A stretch of 64,000 nucleotides of DNA from Planctomycetota bacterium (GTDB lineage: Bacteria; Planctomycetota; MHYJ01; JACQXL01), in NCBI GenBank assembly GCA_038059695.1, contig JBBTIZ010000023.1, positions 13,427 through 77,426 of the forward strand, written 5' to 3'. Shown one piece after another: positions 1 through 8,321 of the stretch (its first letter is position 1; each line of letters begins with the position of its first letter). The position numbers and the translations under genes were made by a program. The notes under the pieces are model-generated. The model did no database searches. It saw only the letters and a list, made by a program, of their open reading frames with translations, and was not told the DNA's origin.

Positions 1-127
1 CCTTAGTGGCACAAAAGATATGGATTTCATTGCCTTCCTTGGTCAGGTAGCGGGCTAAATCATAGGCGTATCGCTCCACCCCGCCCTTGGATTCAGACCA
101 ATTGTAGATAACGAAGGCAATCTTCAT
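1..127 (-). CDS. Partial CDS (N-terminus only, continues beyond window start): putative GT4-type glycosyltransferase
   Basis: Minus-strand ATG at about 125-127 overlaps the stop of the downstream GT2 gene (ATGA). Its translation MKIAFVIYNWSESKGGVERYAYDLARYL resembles a GT4 N-terminal motif. Lies in the LPS-core cluster. Confidence 0.35.
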   Translation of the reverse strand, partial: MKIAFVIYNWSESKGGVERYAYDLARYLTKEGNEIHIFCATK

Positions 128-897
128 ACCTTCTTTTTCTTCTCCCACATCTTGGCATATTTAATAAAGACATAGAAAGCGGAGGCAACGGAGATAATCA
201 ATCCAGGCAGGCCGTCCAGAAATCCTAACTTGAAAAGATAGGTCTCGATGAACTTTACCGGCGGCCTAAAGAGCAGGTTACACAGGCAGAAGGTCTGGCC
301 TGCATTCATGAGCGCCTCGGACGAGGCGTCTGAAAAACGGTCTATGGTCTTTATCTGATGCGCCAGATTTTTATAGGTGTAGTGAACGATATCATTATTC
401 AGTTTCCCGGTGCTTGAGCCCTGTTCCATTATGATACGATCGTGCGGGTCCATCCCGCCCCATTTGGACTTACTCTTGCGGGCCAGCCGAATCTTATAAT
501 CAGGATACCAACCGCCGTGATTTATCCATTGGCCCAGGTAAAAGGTGTGCCGCTTCATCCAGTAGGCGTCTTTATTTTCATAACCGCCCTTGGCCCATTC
601 GGATATTATCTCATCCCGTAATTGGTCGGAAATCACCTCGTCGGCATCCACGGACAGGACCCATTCGTTCTGAGCCAAAGACAGAGCATGATTTTTCTGA
701 TTGACAAACCCGGGCCATTTGTTCTGGAAAACCTTATCCGTATATTCCCTGACAATCCCCAGGGTTTTATCCGTGCTGAATGAATCAACGATAACTATTT
801 CACCGCCCCTATCTTTCACCCATTTGACCGATTCCAAGCATCGGCGGATATTGTCTTCCTCGTTAAAACAGATTATACAAACGCTAATCTTTTCCAT
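124..897 (-). CDS. Family 2 glycosyltransferase (LPS core biosynthesis, KdtX/WaaE-like)
   Basis: ORF-track protein has ICFNEEDNIRRCLESV and a DxD-like SVDADE motif typical of the GT2 fold. Operon context with heptosyltransferases. Confidence 0.7.
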   Translation of the reverse strand: MEKISVCIICFNEEDNIRRCLESVKWVKDRGGEIVIVDSFSTDKTLGIVREYTDKVFQNKWPGFVNQKNHALSLAQNEWVLSVDADEVISDQLRDEIISEWAKGGYENKDAYWMKRHTFYLGQWINHGGWYPDYKIRLARKSKSKWGGMDPHDRIIMEQGSSTGKLNNDIVHYTYKNLAHQIKTIDRFSDASSEALMNAGQTFCLCNLLFRPPVKFIETYLFKLGFLDGLPGLIISVASAFYVFIKYAKMWEKKKKV

Positions 898-903
898 AAT
901 TTC

Positions 904-1914
904 TTATAAGTACTTTTCGCACTCCTCATAAACATCCTCAACCGAAATACGCGTCATACAGCGATGGTCAGTCGGACAGATCCGTTTCAGGCATGGACTG
1001 CAGGCCACCTCCTTGCGGACAATAGTATGATTATTCCCAAAAGGCGGCGTGGTAATATGATCGGTCGGCCCGAAAATCGCCACCACCGGAGTATTTACTG
1101 CCGCAGCCACATGCATTGTGCCAGTATCGTTAGTAACTAATAATTTACATGCTGACAACAACCCGGCCATCTGGGTAATAGAGGTCTGGCCGGTAAAATC
1201 AAGCACCTGATGGTGCTTAATTTGAGATGCGATAGCTGAATTAAGTTTTTCCTCAGCCGGGCTGCCAAATATTATCACCCAGACCTTTTTCTTATTAATT
1301 AACTCCCTGGCTAACCAGGCATATCGTTCAGCCGGCCAGCATTTGGCGCTGCCATAAGCCGCGCCCGGATTCAAGCCCACTACCGCGTGTCCTTTAACAT
1401 AGGCCAATTTATCTGTGACCCAATCCCTGATTGCCTTAGAGATGGTGATTCTCGGCGCAGAGAACGCCACCGGCCGACCTATCATATTCAGAAGATTCAG
1501 GAAATAATAAACCCGATTTTGCGCGAGGGCTTCTTTGTCGCGAGGCAAACTCTGGGTCAATAACTTACCGCGCGAATCGGCTGAATAACCAATCCGGTTG
1601 GGTATCTTGCTAAGAAATCCAATCAGCGCGGAATGAAACGAACGCGGTAAAATCAGGGCCAGGTCAAACCCTTTGGATTTCACCTCTTTGATTAGTTTAT
1701 ATTCCGAACTGAGCCGTTTTAATCCCTTTCTGGATTCGTAACTGATAACCTCGTTGATGTCCGGATCATGTTGGAACAGGTCAGCCAATTCGGATTTTAC
1801 CAGGACGGCCAGGTGGCTGGCCGGGAACAAGGCCCGCATACCTTTGATAGTCGGCAAAGCCATAACCGCATCGCCCAGCCAGTTCGGCGCCTTAACCAGA
1901 ATTCTCTTATACAT
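904..1914 (-). CDS. ADP-heptose:LPS heptosyltransferase (GT9 family, WaaC/WaaF-like)
   Basis: GT9 signatures LVKAPNWLGDAVMALP and NDTGTMHVAAAVNTPVVAIFGPTD. Confidence 0.75.
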   Translation of the reverse strand: MYKRILVKAPNWLGDAVMALPTIKGMRALFPASHLAVLVKSELADLFQHDPDINEVISYESRKGLKRLSSEYKLIKEVKSKGFDLALILPRSFHSALIGFLSKIPNRIGYSADSRGKLLTQSLPRDKEALAQNRVYYFLNLLNMIGRPVAFSAPRITISKAIRDWVTDKLAYVKGHAVVGLNPGAAYGSAKCWPAERYAWLARELINKKKVWVIIFGSPAEEKLNSAIASQIKHHQVLDFTGQTSITQMAGLLSACKLLVTNDTGTMHVAAAVNTPVVAIFGPTDHITTPPFGNNHTIVRKEVACSPCLKRICPTDHRCMTRISVEDVYEECEKYL

Positions 1915-1927
1915 AACTATTATAATA

Positions 1928-3004
1928 TCAAATAAACAAGCGGGGGTAAATCAATTTCCACCACCATTTATGCAGTCCGGCTTGTTGAAGGCATTTGTTT
2001 ATAATCACCTGCTTTTGGGCCCGGTTTGATCCCTCGCCCTGAAAATATAACTCAAAAAGACGCAGGCGGTCTGTATGACTGATGACTACCTTGAGGGAAG
2101 ACCCGGTCTTAAACAGCATCTTGTCTAAGGAACGGTTCAATCGTATCAGGTTATCAATCCTTTTATCAAGAGAAAGTCCTGTCTTGCTGAGCTCATAAGC
2201 GGACTTGTCCAGGTCTATGATATAAGCCGTAAAATCTATTCCTGATTGTTTAATTAGGATATTGCGGATATTCAAATCGCGATGGTTCATCCCGGCATTA
2301 TGGAGTTGCCTGATGGCCTTGACCAACGAAGCAATCAGATTGATTTTCTTGAGGTATAAGACAGGCCCCATTCTGTCATTGCGAGCGATCGAAGGGAGCG
2401 GGGCAATCTCTGTTTCCCGTACTGGTAAGATTGCTTCGTCGCTCCGCTCCTCGCAATGACACTTTTGGGACAGCATAAAACTATCTTGGCGATGCTCGTT
2501 TTCCTTGGCGAGGGAAAATATCGTTTCCTCCAACGTCACCGCATCGGGTATCTTTTTAACAACTATCTTGGCCCGGTAGAAAAACGGCAGGACCCATTTT
2601 ATCTGCAGGCCCAGGATTTCCGGCAATGGCACCCCGCCGGCGCGCCCCTTTTCGGTCAGGACCAGTTCATTCAGAGGCCGCCTGGCATCATTAAATATAT
2701 CCGGCAATACCAAGCCGGCCAGCCCGCCCCGCCGGTAAACCCGGACAATAACCTCAGATTCTTTTCCGGTTGATGATTTTATCCGGGCCACCGGATAATC
2801 ACCCCGGCCTTGGACCCGTCTGGTGCCGTTGGCGCCATCCGGGCAGGCCGTTTCGGAATTAGCCGTACCGTGTCCTTCATCCAGGAGTGAATCAATTGCG
2901 GATTCATAATCAACGTGGATGATACGCCATTCACCGGCTGATTCCTTGACCCGAAAATACGCCGGGATAACCAAATCCGGATAACTGTCATTAATGGTCA
3001 ACAT
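1928..3004 (-). CDS. Lipopolysaccharide kinase family protein (Kdo/WaaP-type), carrying an in-frame palindromic insertion
   Basis: Catalytic loop HRDLNIRNILIK followed by IIDLDKS (PF06293-like). About 33 residues in the middle of the protein are encoded by a palindromic repeat at 2352-2462. Confidence 0.6.
   Translation of the reverse strand: MLTINDSYPDLVIPAYFRVKESAGEWRIIHVDYESAIDSLLDEGHGTANSETACPDGANGTRRVQGRGDYPVARIKSSTGKESEVIVRVYRRGGLAGLVLPDIFNDARRPLNELVLTEKGRAGGVPLPEILGLQIKWVLPFFYRAKIVVKKIPDAVTLEETIFSLAKENEHRQDSFMLSQKCHCEERSDEAILPVRETEIAPLPSIARNDRMGPVLYLKKINLIASLVKAIRQLHNAGMNHRDLNIRNILIKQSGIDFTAYIIDLDKSAYELSKTGLSLDKRIDNLIRLNRSLDKMLFKTGSSLKVVISHTDRLRLFELYFQGEGSNRAQKQVIINKCLQQAGLHKWWWKLIYPRLFI
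2352..2462. repeat. Imperfect palindromic element of tgtcattgcgagcg...cgctcctcgcaatgaca type, located inside a CDS
   Basis: Left arm gtcattgcgagcgatcgaagggagcggggcaatctc and right arm aagattgcttcgtcgctccgctcctcgcaatgac are reverse complements apart from a few mismatches. A related element lies at 53295-53363. Confidence 0.7.
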
Positions 3005-3088
3005 TGCTTTACTTTCCTAAATAAGTTGATAAGATTGTTAAGAAAGTCCTCCAAAGTGTTTGGCGCCAATAGCGCCACCATAAATCCT

Positions 3089-3114
3089 GGATTCCCGCCT
3101 ACGCGGGAATGACA
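3089..3114. repeat. 25-nt palindromic REP-like element ggattcccgcctacgcgggaatgac (copy 1)
   Basis: Identical 25-mer at 56012-56036. Hairpin attcccgc/gcgggaat. Intergenic. Confidence 0.7.
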
Positions 3115-3156
3115 GAAGGGGCGTTTCGCAAGAGTTCAGATATAAACTAAAAAGAG

Positions 3157-4233
3157 ATGGAATTCAATAAAATTCTGATAGTTCGGCTGAGCGCCATCGG
3201 CGATGTGATTAACACCATCCCGACCCTGATGGCCTTGAGGCAGAATTTCCCGAAGTGTCTTATCGGCTGGGTGGTTGAGGACAAAGCCAAGGATTTGCTG
3301 ACCGACCTGTCTGCCGCGCCGGGTACGGCACAGGCAGGTCTCCCGCTTCTTGATAAGGTCTTCGTCTGGCACAGGCGCGGCAACCAGAAAATAACCGATA
3401 CACTCGGCCTTATCCAGGAATTACGCCGGCATAAGTTTGATATAGCCATTGATTTCCAAGGGAATCTTAAGAGCGGGCTGATTACCTCATTAAGCGGCGC
3501 CAAGACCCGGGTCGGAATGAAACCGGCCAAGGAAGGCAACACGCTTTTTACTAATCTCAAGGTGGCCCTGCCTGATAAAAAGATAAACCGGGTGGAACGG
3601 AATCTTTATATCCTTAACCAACTCGGCATAAATACGGACATTCTTGACTGGAAGAAAACCCCGGCCCTATCCGGCCCGGCCGATGAATCATATATTGATA
3701 AATTCCTGGCCGCCCACAATTCGTCCAAAAGACCCGTAATCATCCTGCATCCGGGCACGAGTGAATTCGGTTTATTCAAACGTTGGGCGCCGGCCAAATA
3801 CGCCCAATTGGCTGACCGGCTGGCCGAAGAACTCAAAGCCATTTGCATCATCTCCTGGGCCGGTAAGGAGAAATCACTGGCTGAATCCATTGCCAAGCAG
3901 ATGAGTCATAAACCATTGATTTTCCCTGAACAGTTATCGCTCAATAAATTAGCGGCTTTAATAAAACGTTCCAGGTTATTTATCGGCAGTGATTCCGCGC
4001 CTCTGCATCTGGCCAACCTGCTGGGAGTTAATGTGCTGGGGCTTTACGGACCCAAAGACCCGGCTGTTTACAGCCCTTTTCTGCCTCCTAATGCCGCGCA
4101 CCAGGCCGTAATCATCAGGAAGGATTTACCCTGCAGTCCCTGCCAAAAGCGGAGATGCGATAAACCCGTGTGTATGGAATCAATCACCGTGGAAGATGTG
4201 TTCCAGAAATCCATTCAGATGATGGGAAAGTAA
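3157..4233 (+). CDS. ADP-heptose:LPS heptosyltransferase (GT9 family)
   Basis: ILIVRLSAIGDVINTIPTL at the N-terminus and GSDSAPLHLANLLGVNVLGLYGP near the C-terminus are GT9 hallmarks. Confidence 0.75.
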   Translation: MEFNKILIVRLSAIGDVINTIPTLMALRQNFPKCLIGWVVEDKAKDLLTDLSAAPGTAQAGLPLLDKVFVWHRRGNQKITDTLGLIQELRRHKFDIAIDFQGNLKSGLITSLSGAKTRVGMKPAKEGNTLFTNLKVALPDKKINRVERNLYILNQLGINTDILDWKKTPALSGPADESYIDKFLAAHNSSKRPVIILHPGTSEFGLFKRWAPAKYAQLADRLAEELKAICIISWAGKEKSLAESIAKQMSHKPLIFPEQLSLNKLAALIKRSRLFIGSDSAPLHLANLLGVNVLGLYGPKDPAVYSPFLPPNAAHQAVIIRKDLPCSPCQKRRCDKPVCMESITVEDVFQKSIQMMGK

Positions 4234-4357
4234 CAAGTGGGAATCCGCCATATCAACAGGGACTTTAAGAGACATTTACGAGACGAAATACCTAAAAACA
4301 TAATGAATTAATTTCTTACAGGTCTCGTTTAAGTTCCTGTGAGAATAGTTTTTATTT

Positions 4358-5059
4358 TCACGCAGAGGCATGTTGAATAAACGCCCTAAATAGATTAACC
4401 TGTTCCTGGCTGTCCATCATCCGCTCCGGATGCCATTGAATCCCCAGGCAAAATCCGTCCGGAGATTCTACACCCTCAATTATGGTATCTTCAGCCCGGG
4501 CATTGATAATCAGGTTCTTACCCAACGTTTTAATGGACTGGTGATGCGTGGAATTGGTAATGATGGATTTCCGGCCGAGGATGCGGTGCAAAAGCGTCCC
4601 TTCGCAGAGATACACCTTATGGTAACTCTTTCGGTGACCGATGGCGGATTTAATCTGGCTGGCGATATCCTGAAAGAGAGCGCCGCCTAAAGCCACATTG
4701 ATTAACTGGGCTCCGTAGCAGGTTCCCAGAATCGGCATTTTCAGTTTAAGGGCTGATTTAACCAGCGCTAGGTCAAACCTTTGTTTTAACTCGGGCAGTA
4801 AAATCACCTTATTATTGATTACTTTTTCACCGTAAAAACGCGGCGATAAATCGTGCCCGCCGCTCAAGAGAAGCCCGTCTATTCTATCAAGAATGCGTTC
4901 CAACATCCCACCCGCCCGACTGCCTGCCAGCGGCAAGGACGGCAGTATAACAGGAATGCCTCCGGCCTTCAGCACCGCGCGGCTATATTCCTGGCTGAGT
5001 TTGGCATATCGCCCGTCCTTGGTCAGGTTGCCGTTAATGCCAATAATAGGTTTTTTCAT
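4358..5059 (-). CDS. Class I glutamine amidotransferase-like gamma-glutamyl hydrolase (peptidase C26, PuuD-like)
   Basis: GTCYGAQLINVALGG (Cys nucleophile) and a WHPE motif (IQWHPER) characteristic of the C26 family; catalytic His inferred, not explicitly seen. Confidence 0.65.
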   Translation of the reverse strand: MKKPIIGINGNLTKDGRYAKLSQEYSRAVLKAGGIPVILPSLPLAGSRAGGMLERILDRIDGLLLSGGHDLSPRFYGEKVINNKVILLPELKQRFDLALVKSALKLKMPILGTCYGAQLINVALGGALFQDIASQIKSAIGHRKSYHKVYLCEGTLLHRILGRKSIITNSTHHQSIKTLGKNLIINARAEDTIIEGVESPDGFCLGIQWHPERMMDSQEQVNLFRAFIQHASA

Positions 5060-5107
5060 CTTTTTCTTGCTAAACCCCTTATCATATATTATTTAAAGCA
5101 ATCCGAT

Positions 5108-5181
5108 TGCGGGATCGTCTAACGGTAGGACACAAGACTCTGAATCTTGTTGTTTAGGTTCGAATCCTAATCCCGCAACCA
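5108..5181 (+). tRNA. tRNA-Gln (anticodon CTG)
   Basis: Cloverleaf folds by hand: acceptor tgcggga/tcccgca, U8, anticodon stem caaga/tcttg with loop cuCUGaa, T-arm ttagg-TTCGAAT-cctaa, encoded CCA. Confidence 0.8.
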
Positions 5182-5183
5182 AC

Positions 5184-5256
5184 GCCCCCATCGTCTAGTG
5201 GTCTAGGATATGAGATTCTCAGTCTCAGGACCAGGGTTCGAATCCCTGTGGGGGTA
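5184..5256 (+). tRNA. tRNA-Glu (anticodon CTC)
   Basis: Layout is close to E. coli tRNA-Glu: acceptor gccccca/tgggggt (G1-U72), anticodon loop ttCTCag, T-arm caggg-TTCGAAT-ccctg. No encoded CCA. Confidence 0.8.
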
Positions 5257-5289
5257 TTTTTATATCATTACTTACCGAGAGTCAATTTA

Positions 5290-6474
5290 ATGGCGCTAAA
5301 AAACATCAAGGCCGAGCGGCTGGTACAATTACCGCCCTATATGTTCGCTGACTTTGACCACAAGAGAGACCTGGTCAAAGCCCAATGCAATGACCTGATA
5401 GATCTCTCGGTGGGCGACCCGGATATCCCGCCTTCGGCCCGTCTTAAAGGATATTTCAGGGAGGCGTTGAACGAGCCCAATATCCACCGTTACCCGCCGT
5501 ATAAAGGCACGCGCGCTTTCTGCCGGGCCATCTCCGGCTGGCATAAACAAAAAGGCATTTCTATTAACCCGGATAATGAGGTCTGGTCTCTGCTCGGTTC
5601 CAAAGAAGGCCTGGTCCATCTGATTATGGCGCTGGTTAATCCCGGCGAAGCGGTTCTGCTGCCCAATCCTTATTTTCCCTGTTATCTCTCGGCTATAATT
5701 ATGGCCGGCGGAGTCCCGGTGGATATGCCACTGCTCAGGGAAAACAATTTCCTGCCGGACCTCAAATCCATTAAGCCATCCGTGGCCAAAAGAACCAAGT
5801 TGATGCTCCTGAATTACCCAAACAATCCCACCTCGGCTGATGCGCCCAGAGAATTTTACGAGGAAGCAGTCCGGTTTGCTAGGAAATACAACATCGTCAT
5901 CTGCCAGGATGCGGCTTACAGCGAGATGTATTTCAATAAGCCGGCGGTTTCCATACTTTCTATAAAAGGCGCCAAGGATGTGGCTGTGGAGATGAATTCA
6001 TTCAGCAAGATGTTAAATATCGCCGGCTGGCGCATCGGCTGGGCCGCCGGAAATCAACAGGTAATCAGAGCGCTCGGGCAGATAAAGATGAATATCGACT
6101 CCGGCGCCTTTCTGGCCATCCAGCGGGCCGTTACCAGAATGCTTACGGAAAATACCGGACAGACCCAAAAAGAAGTAACCCAAATCAGGGAGACCTATAA
6201 ACGCCGGCAGGATATTATGGTAAAAGGCCTGACCCGAATCGGACTTGACCCGATAGTCCCGGATGCCACCTGCTTTATCTGGCTGCCCCTGCCCAAGGGC
6301 TGGAAGTCCTCAATGGAATTCTGCGAATATCTCCTGACCAAACTCCATATCCATACCAATCCGGGCATTGGCTTCGGCAAATACGGCGAGGGCTATATCA
6401 GGATTTCCCTGACATCACCGGAATCCGTTTTACTCCAGGCCATTAAAAGATTCAGTTATGCGAATCCTCAGTAA
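5290..6474 (+). CDS. PLP-dependent class I/II aminotransferase, LL-diaminopimelate aminotransferase (DapL)-like
   Basis: ATG at 5290. The track start at 5248 is a GTG inside tRNA-Glu. LSVGDPDIPP motif and PLP-lysine region SFSKMLNIAGWRIGW. About 394 aa. Confidence 0.6.
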   Translation: MALKNIKAERLVQLPPYMFADFDHKRDLVKAQCNDLIDLSVGDPDIPPSARLKGYFREALNEPNIHRYPPYKGTRAFCRAISGWHKQKGISINPDNEVWSLLGSKEGLVHLIMALVNPGEAVLLPNPYFPCYLSAIIMAGGVPVDMPLLRENNFLPDLKSIKPSVAKRTKLMLLNYPNNPTSADAPREFYEEAVRFARKYNIVICQDAAYSEMYFNKPAVSILSIKGAKDVAVEMNSFSKMLNIAGWRIGWAAGNQQVIRALGQIKMNIDSGAFLAIQRAVTRMLTENTGQTQKEVTQIRETYKRRQDIMVKGLTRIGLDPIVPDATCFIWLPLPKGWKSSMEFCEYLLTKLHIHTNPGIGFGKYGEGYIRISLTSPESVLLQAIKRFSYANPQ

Positions 6475-6979
6475 CGAAAAGGTCTATTCCGGCAAGGTAT
6501 TCAATCTCTATAAAACTAATCTCAAAGATAATGACGGTTCCAGGATGCTGCGCGAAACCGTGGTCCATCCGGGCGCAGTGGCCATTATCCCGCTTATCTC
6601 CAAAAATAAGGTCATCCTGGTCCGGCAATACCGTTATGCCACAGGCAAATACATCTGGGAATTACCAGCCGGCACGTTGGGCAAGCGCGAGCCGCCCCTG
6701 GCCTGCGCCAAAAGGGAATTAGAAGAAGAAACGGGATTTGCGGCCGGCCGGATAAAAAAGATTATGGAATTCTATACCTGTCCGGGTTTCTGCACCGAAA
6801 AGATGCACTTATATCTGGCTGAAAATCTCAGGCCGACAGCCCAAAAACTTGACCCTGACGAGAAAATAACCTATAAGGCATTCAGTCGTTCAGAGATTAG
6901 ACACCTTGTTAAAATCAACAAAATAATAGACGCAAAGAGTTTAATTGGATTAATCTTATGGCTTCAAAAGAAGATTTAG
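6458..6979 (+). CDS. NUDIX hydrolase (ADP-ribose pyrophosphatase-like)
   Basis: Nudix box GTLGKREPPLACAKRELEEETGF. Confidence 0.7.
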   Translation: MRILSNEKVYSGKVFNLYKTNLKDNDGSRMLRETVVHPGAVAIIPLISKNKVILVRQYRYATGKYIWELPAGTLGKREPPLACAKRELEEETGFAAGRIKKIMEFYTCPGFCTEKMHLYLAENLRPTAQKLDPDEKITYKAFSRSEIRHLVKINKIIDAKSLIGLILWLQKKI

Positions 6980-7494
6980 CATTCGGTGAGATTGCGGTAA
7001 AATCACGTTTGATTACCCAGGAACAGTTGGAAGAATGCCTGAATGAACAGAGAAACAACCCCAACTGGAAATCCCTGGGCGAACTCCTGATAGCCAAGCA
7101 GTATCTGGCGCCCCACCAATTGCAATTCCTGATAGACGTCCAGAAAAGAAACCTGGAACTCAAGGCCAACCAATCCCGCAGGATTAAACAGGATAACCTC
7201 TTCGGCCGGTTACTGATGCGCCTCGGATTTGCCACCGATAAGCAGGTGGAGGAAAGTTTGGGAATGCAATTGATGATAAATGACACCCATTTCCTGCGGC
7301 TGGGCGAGATTATGGTCAAAAAAGGGTTTATCAGCGACGACCAGCTGAAAAAGGTGGTTGATTTCCAGGCCCTGCGCCAGATTATCTGCACCGGCTGCGG
7401 GCAGAAATATAATATGGTCCTGTTCAACGAGGGCTCAAGAATCCCCTGCTATAATTGCAACAACGAAATCCTGGTTACCGCTTCGCCAAAATAG
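6958..7494 (+). CDS. Protein with three T2SSE_N/MshEN-like repeats and a C-terminal CxxC...CxxC zinc ribbon
   Basis: Three copies of the pattern (F/L)GE(I/L)xVxxxxItxeQLeexLxxQ, then CTGCGQKYN...CYNCNNE. Confidence 0.45.
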   Translation: MASKEDLAFGEIAVKSRLITQEQLEECLNEQRNNPNWKSLGELLIAKQYLAPHQLQFLIDVQKRNLELKANQSRRIKQDNLFGRLLMRLGFATDKQVEESLGMQLMINDTHFLRLGEIMVKKGFISDDQLKKVVDFQALRQIICTGCGQKYNMVLFNEGSRIPCYNCNNEILVTASPK

Positions 7495-7513
7495 CATTGC
7501 CTGAGATATAAAT

Positions 7514-8002
7514 ATGCCTCGTTTTGCGATTCAGAAACACCTGAAAAGAAAGACGCATCACTTTGACCTGATGCTGGAAAAAGACGGCGTCTTGAAGACC
7601 TGGTCTCTGGAGAAATTGCCCGGTATATACCGTTCCAGGTTATCATATCAGCCAATAAAATTACTGCCGGACCATCGGATGGCTTACCTTACTTATGAAG
7701 GCAGAATTCCCCGCAACCGGGGCAGGGTAAAAATCTGGGATAAAGGGATTTACCAACGCGTTATCTGGAATGACAAATTTAAGGTAATTGCAATTCAGGG
7801 GCAAAAGGTAGCGGGCTATTTTATTATTCTGTCTCTTCCTCCTCGTTCTCGGCTTCGTCTGCTTCCGCTAATTCACTTTCAACGAACTCGTTATATTCGT
7901 CGTGGGAAATCAAAATCTCCACCTCGGCCGGGTCCGAAAGTTTTATCCGCATCAACCAGCCCTCGTCATAATTATCCTCTAATAACAACTGGTGATTCTT
8001 GA
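7514..8002 (+). CDS. Stand-alone DNA ligase D 3'-phosphoesterase (LigD-PE) domain protein; C-terminal tail of the ORF is probably non-genuine
   Basis: FAIQKHLKRKTHHFDLMLEKDGVLKTWSLEKLP...YEGRIP...VKIWDKGIY matches the LigD PE consensus (fvvQkHdAsrLHYDfRLE..GVLkSWavPkGP...EG.IP...v.iWD.GtY). The last ~50 codons are low-complexity and overlap the minus-strand gene 7824-8261. Confidence 0.5.
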   Translation: MPRFAIQKHLKRKTHHFDLMLEKDGVLKTWSLEKLPGIYRSRLSYQPIKLLPDHRMAYLTYEGRIPRNRGRVKIWDKGIYQRVIWNDKFKVIAIQGQKVAGYFIILSLPPRSRLRLLPLIHFQRTRYIRRGKSKSPPRPGPKVLSASTSPRHNYPLITTGDS

Positions 8003-8261
8003 GCAGGTCATTATTAACGTTCAATATCTTGCCGCTGACCGGCGATATCAAGGTAGTTAACCCCTCATCCGTATCAATCTCGCAAAAGAAAGCATCCTGC
8101 TCAATCTCGGTTTTGGCCTTGGGCAGTTTAATGGAATTTATCGTTTCCATATTCCTGATAAGATAATCAGTCACGCCGAGAACCACCTCGTTCTTTTCCT
8201 CTAATTTCAGCCAGAGGTGCGCTTCCGAATAATACAAATCCTTCGGTCTTTTCACTCTCAT
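7824..8261 (-). CDS. GcvH-like protein (glycine-cleavage H-protein fold) lacking the lipoyl-lysine, with an acidic C-terminal tail
   Basis: Aligns to GcvH (HLWLK..GVTDY, ISPVSGKI, EGWLMRIKLSD), but the ESVK lysine position reads CEIDTDEG. Tail EADEAENEEEETE. The canonical gcvH is at 37041-37427. Confidence 0.55.
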   Translation of the reverse strand: MRVKRPKDLYYSEAHLWLKLEEKNEVVLGVTDYLIRNMETINSIKLPKAKTEIEQDAFFCEIDTDEGLTTLISPVSGKILNVNNDLLKNHQLLLEDNYDEGWLMRIKLSDPAEVEILISHDEYNEFVESELAEADEAENEEEETE

Positions 8262-8321
8262 ATTTTAATGCTCGTATAAAATATTTTAAACCGGGTCAAG
8301 GTTTTTTATATTATTATATGA

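Noticed and set aside
3136-3560. Minus-strand ORFs of 78 and 137 aa
   Set aside because: Antisense to the well-supported GT9 heptosyltransferase gene at 3157-4233.
5248-5289. Track start of the aminotransferase ORF at 5248
   Set aside because: That GTG lies inside tRNA-Glu. The ATG at 5290 (MALKNIK) is the plausible start.
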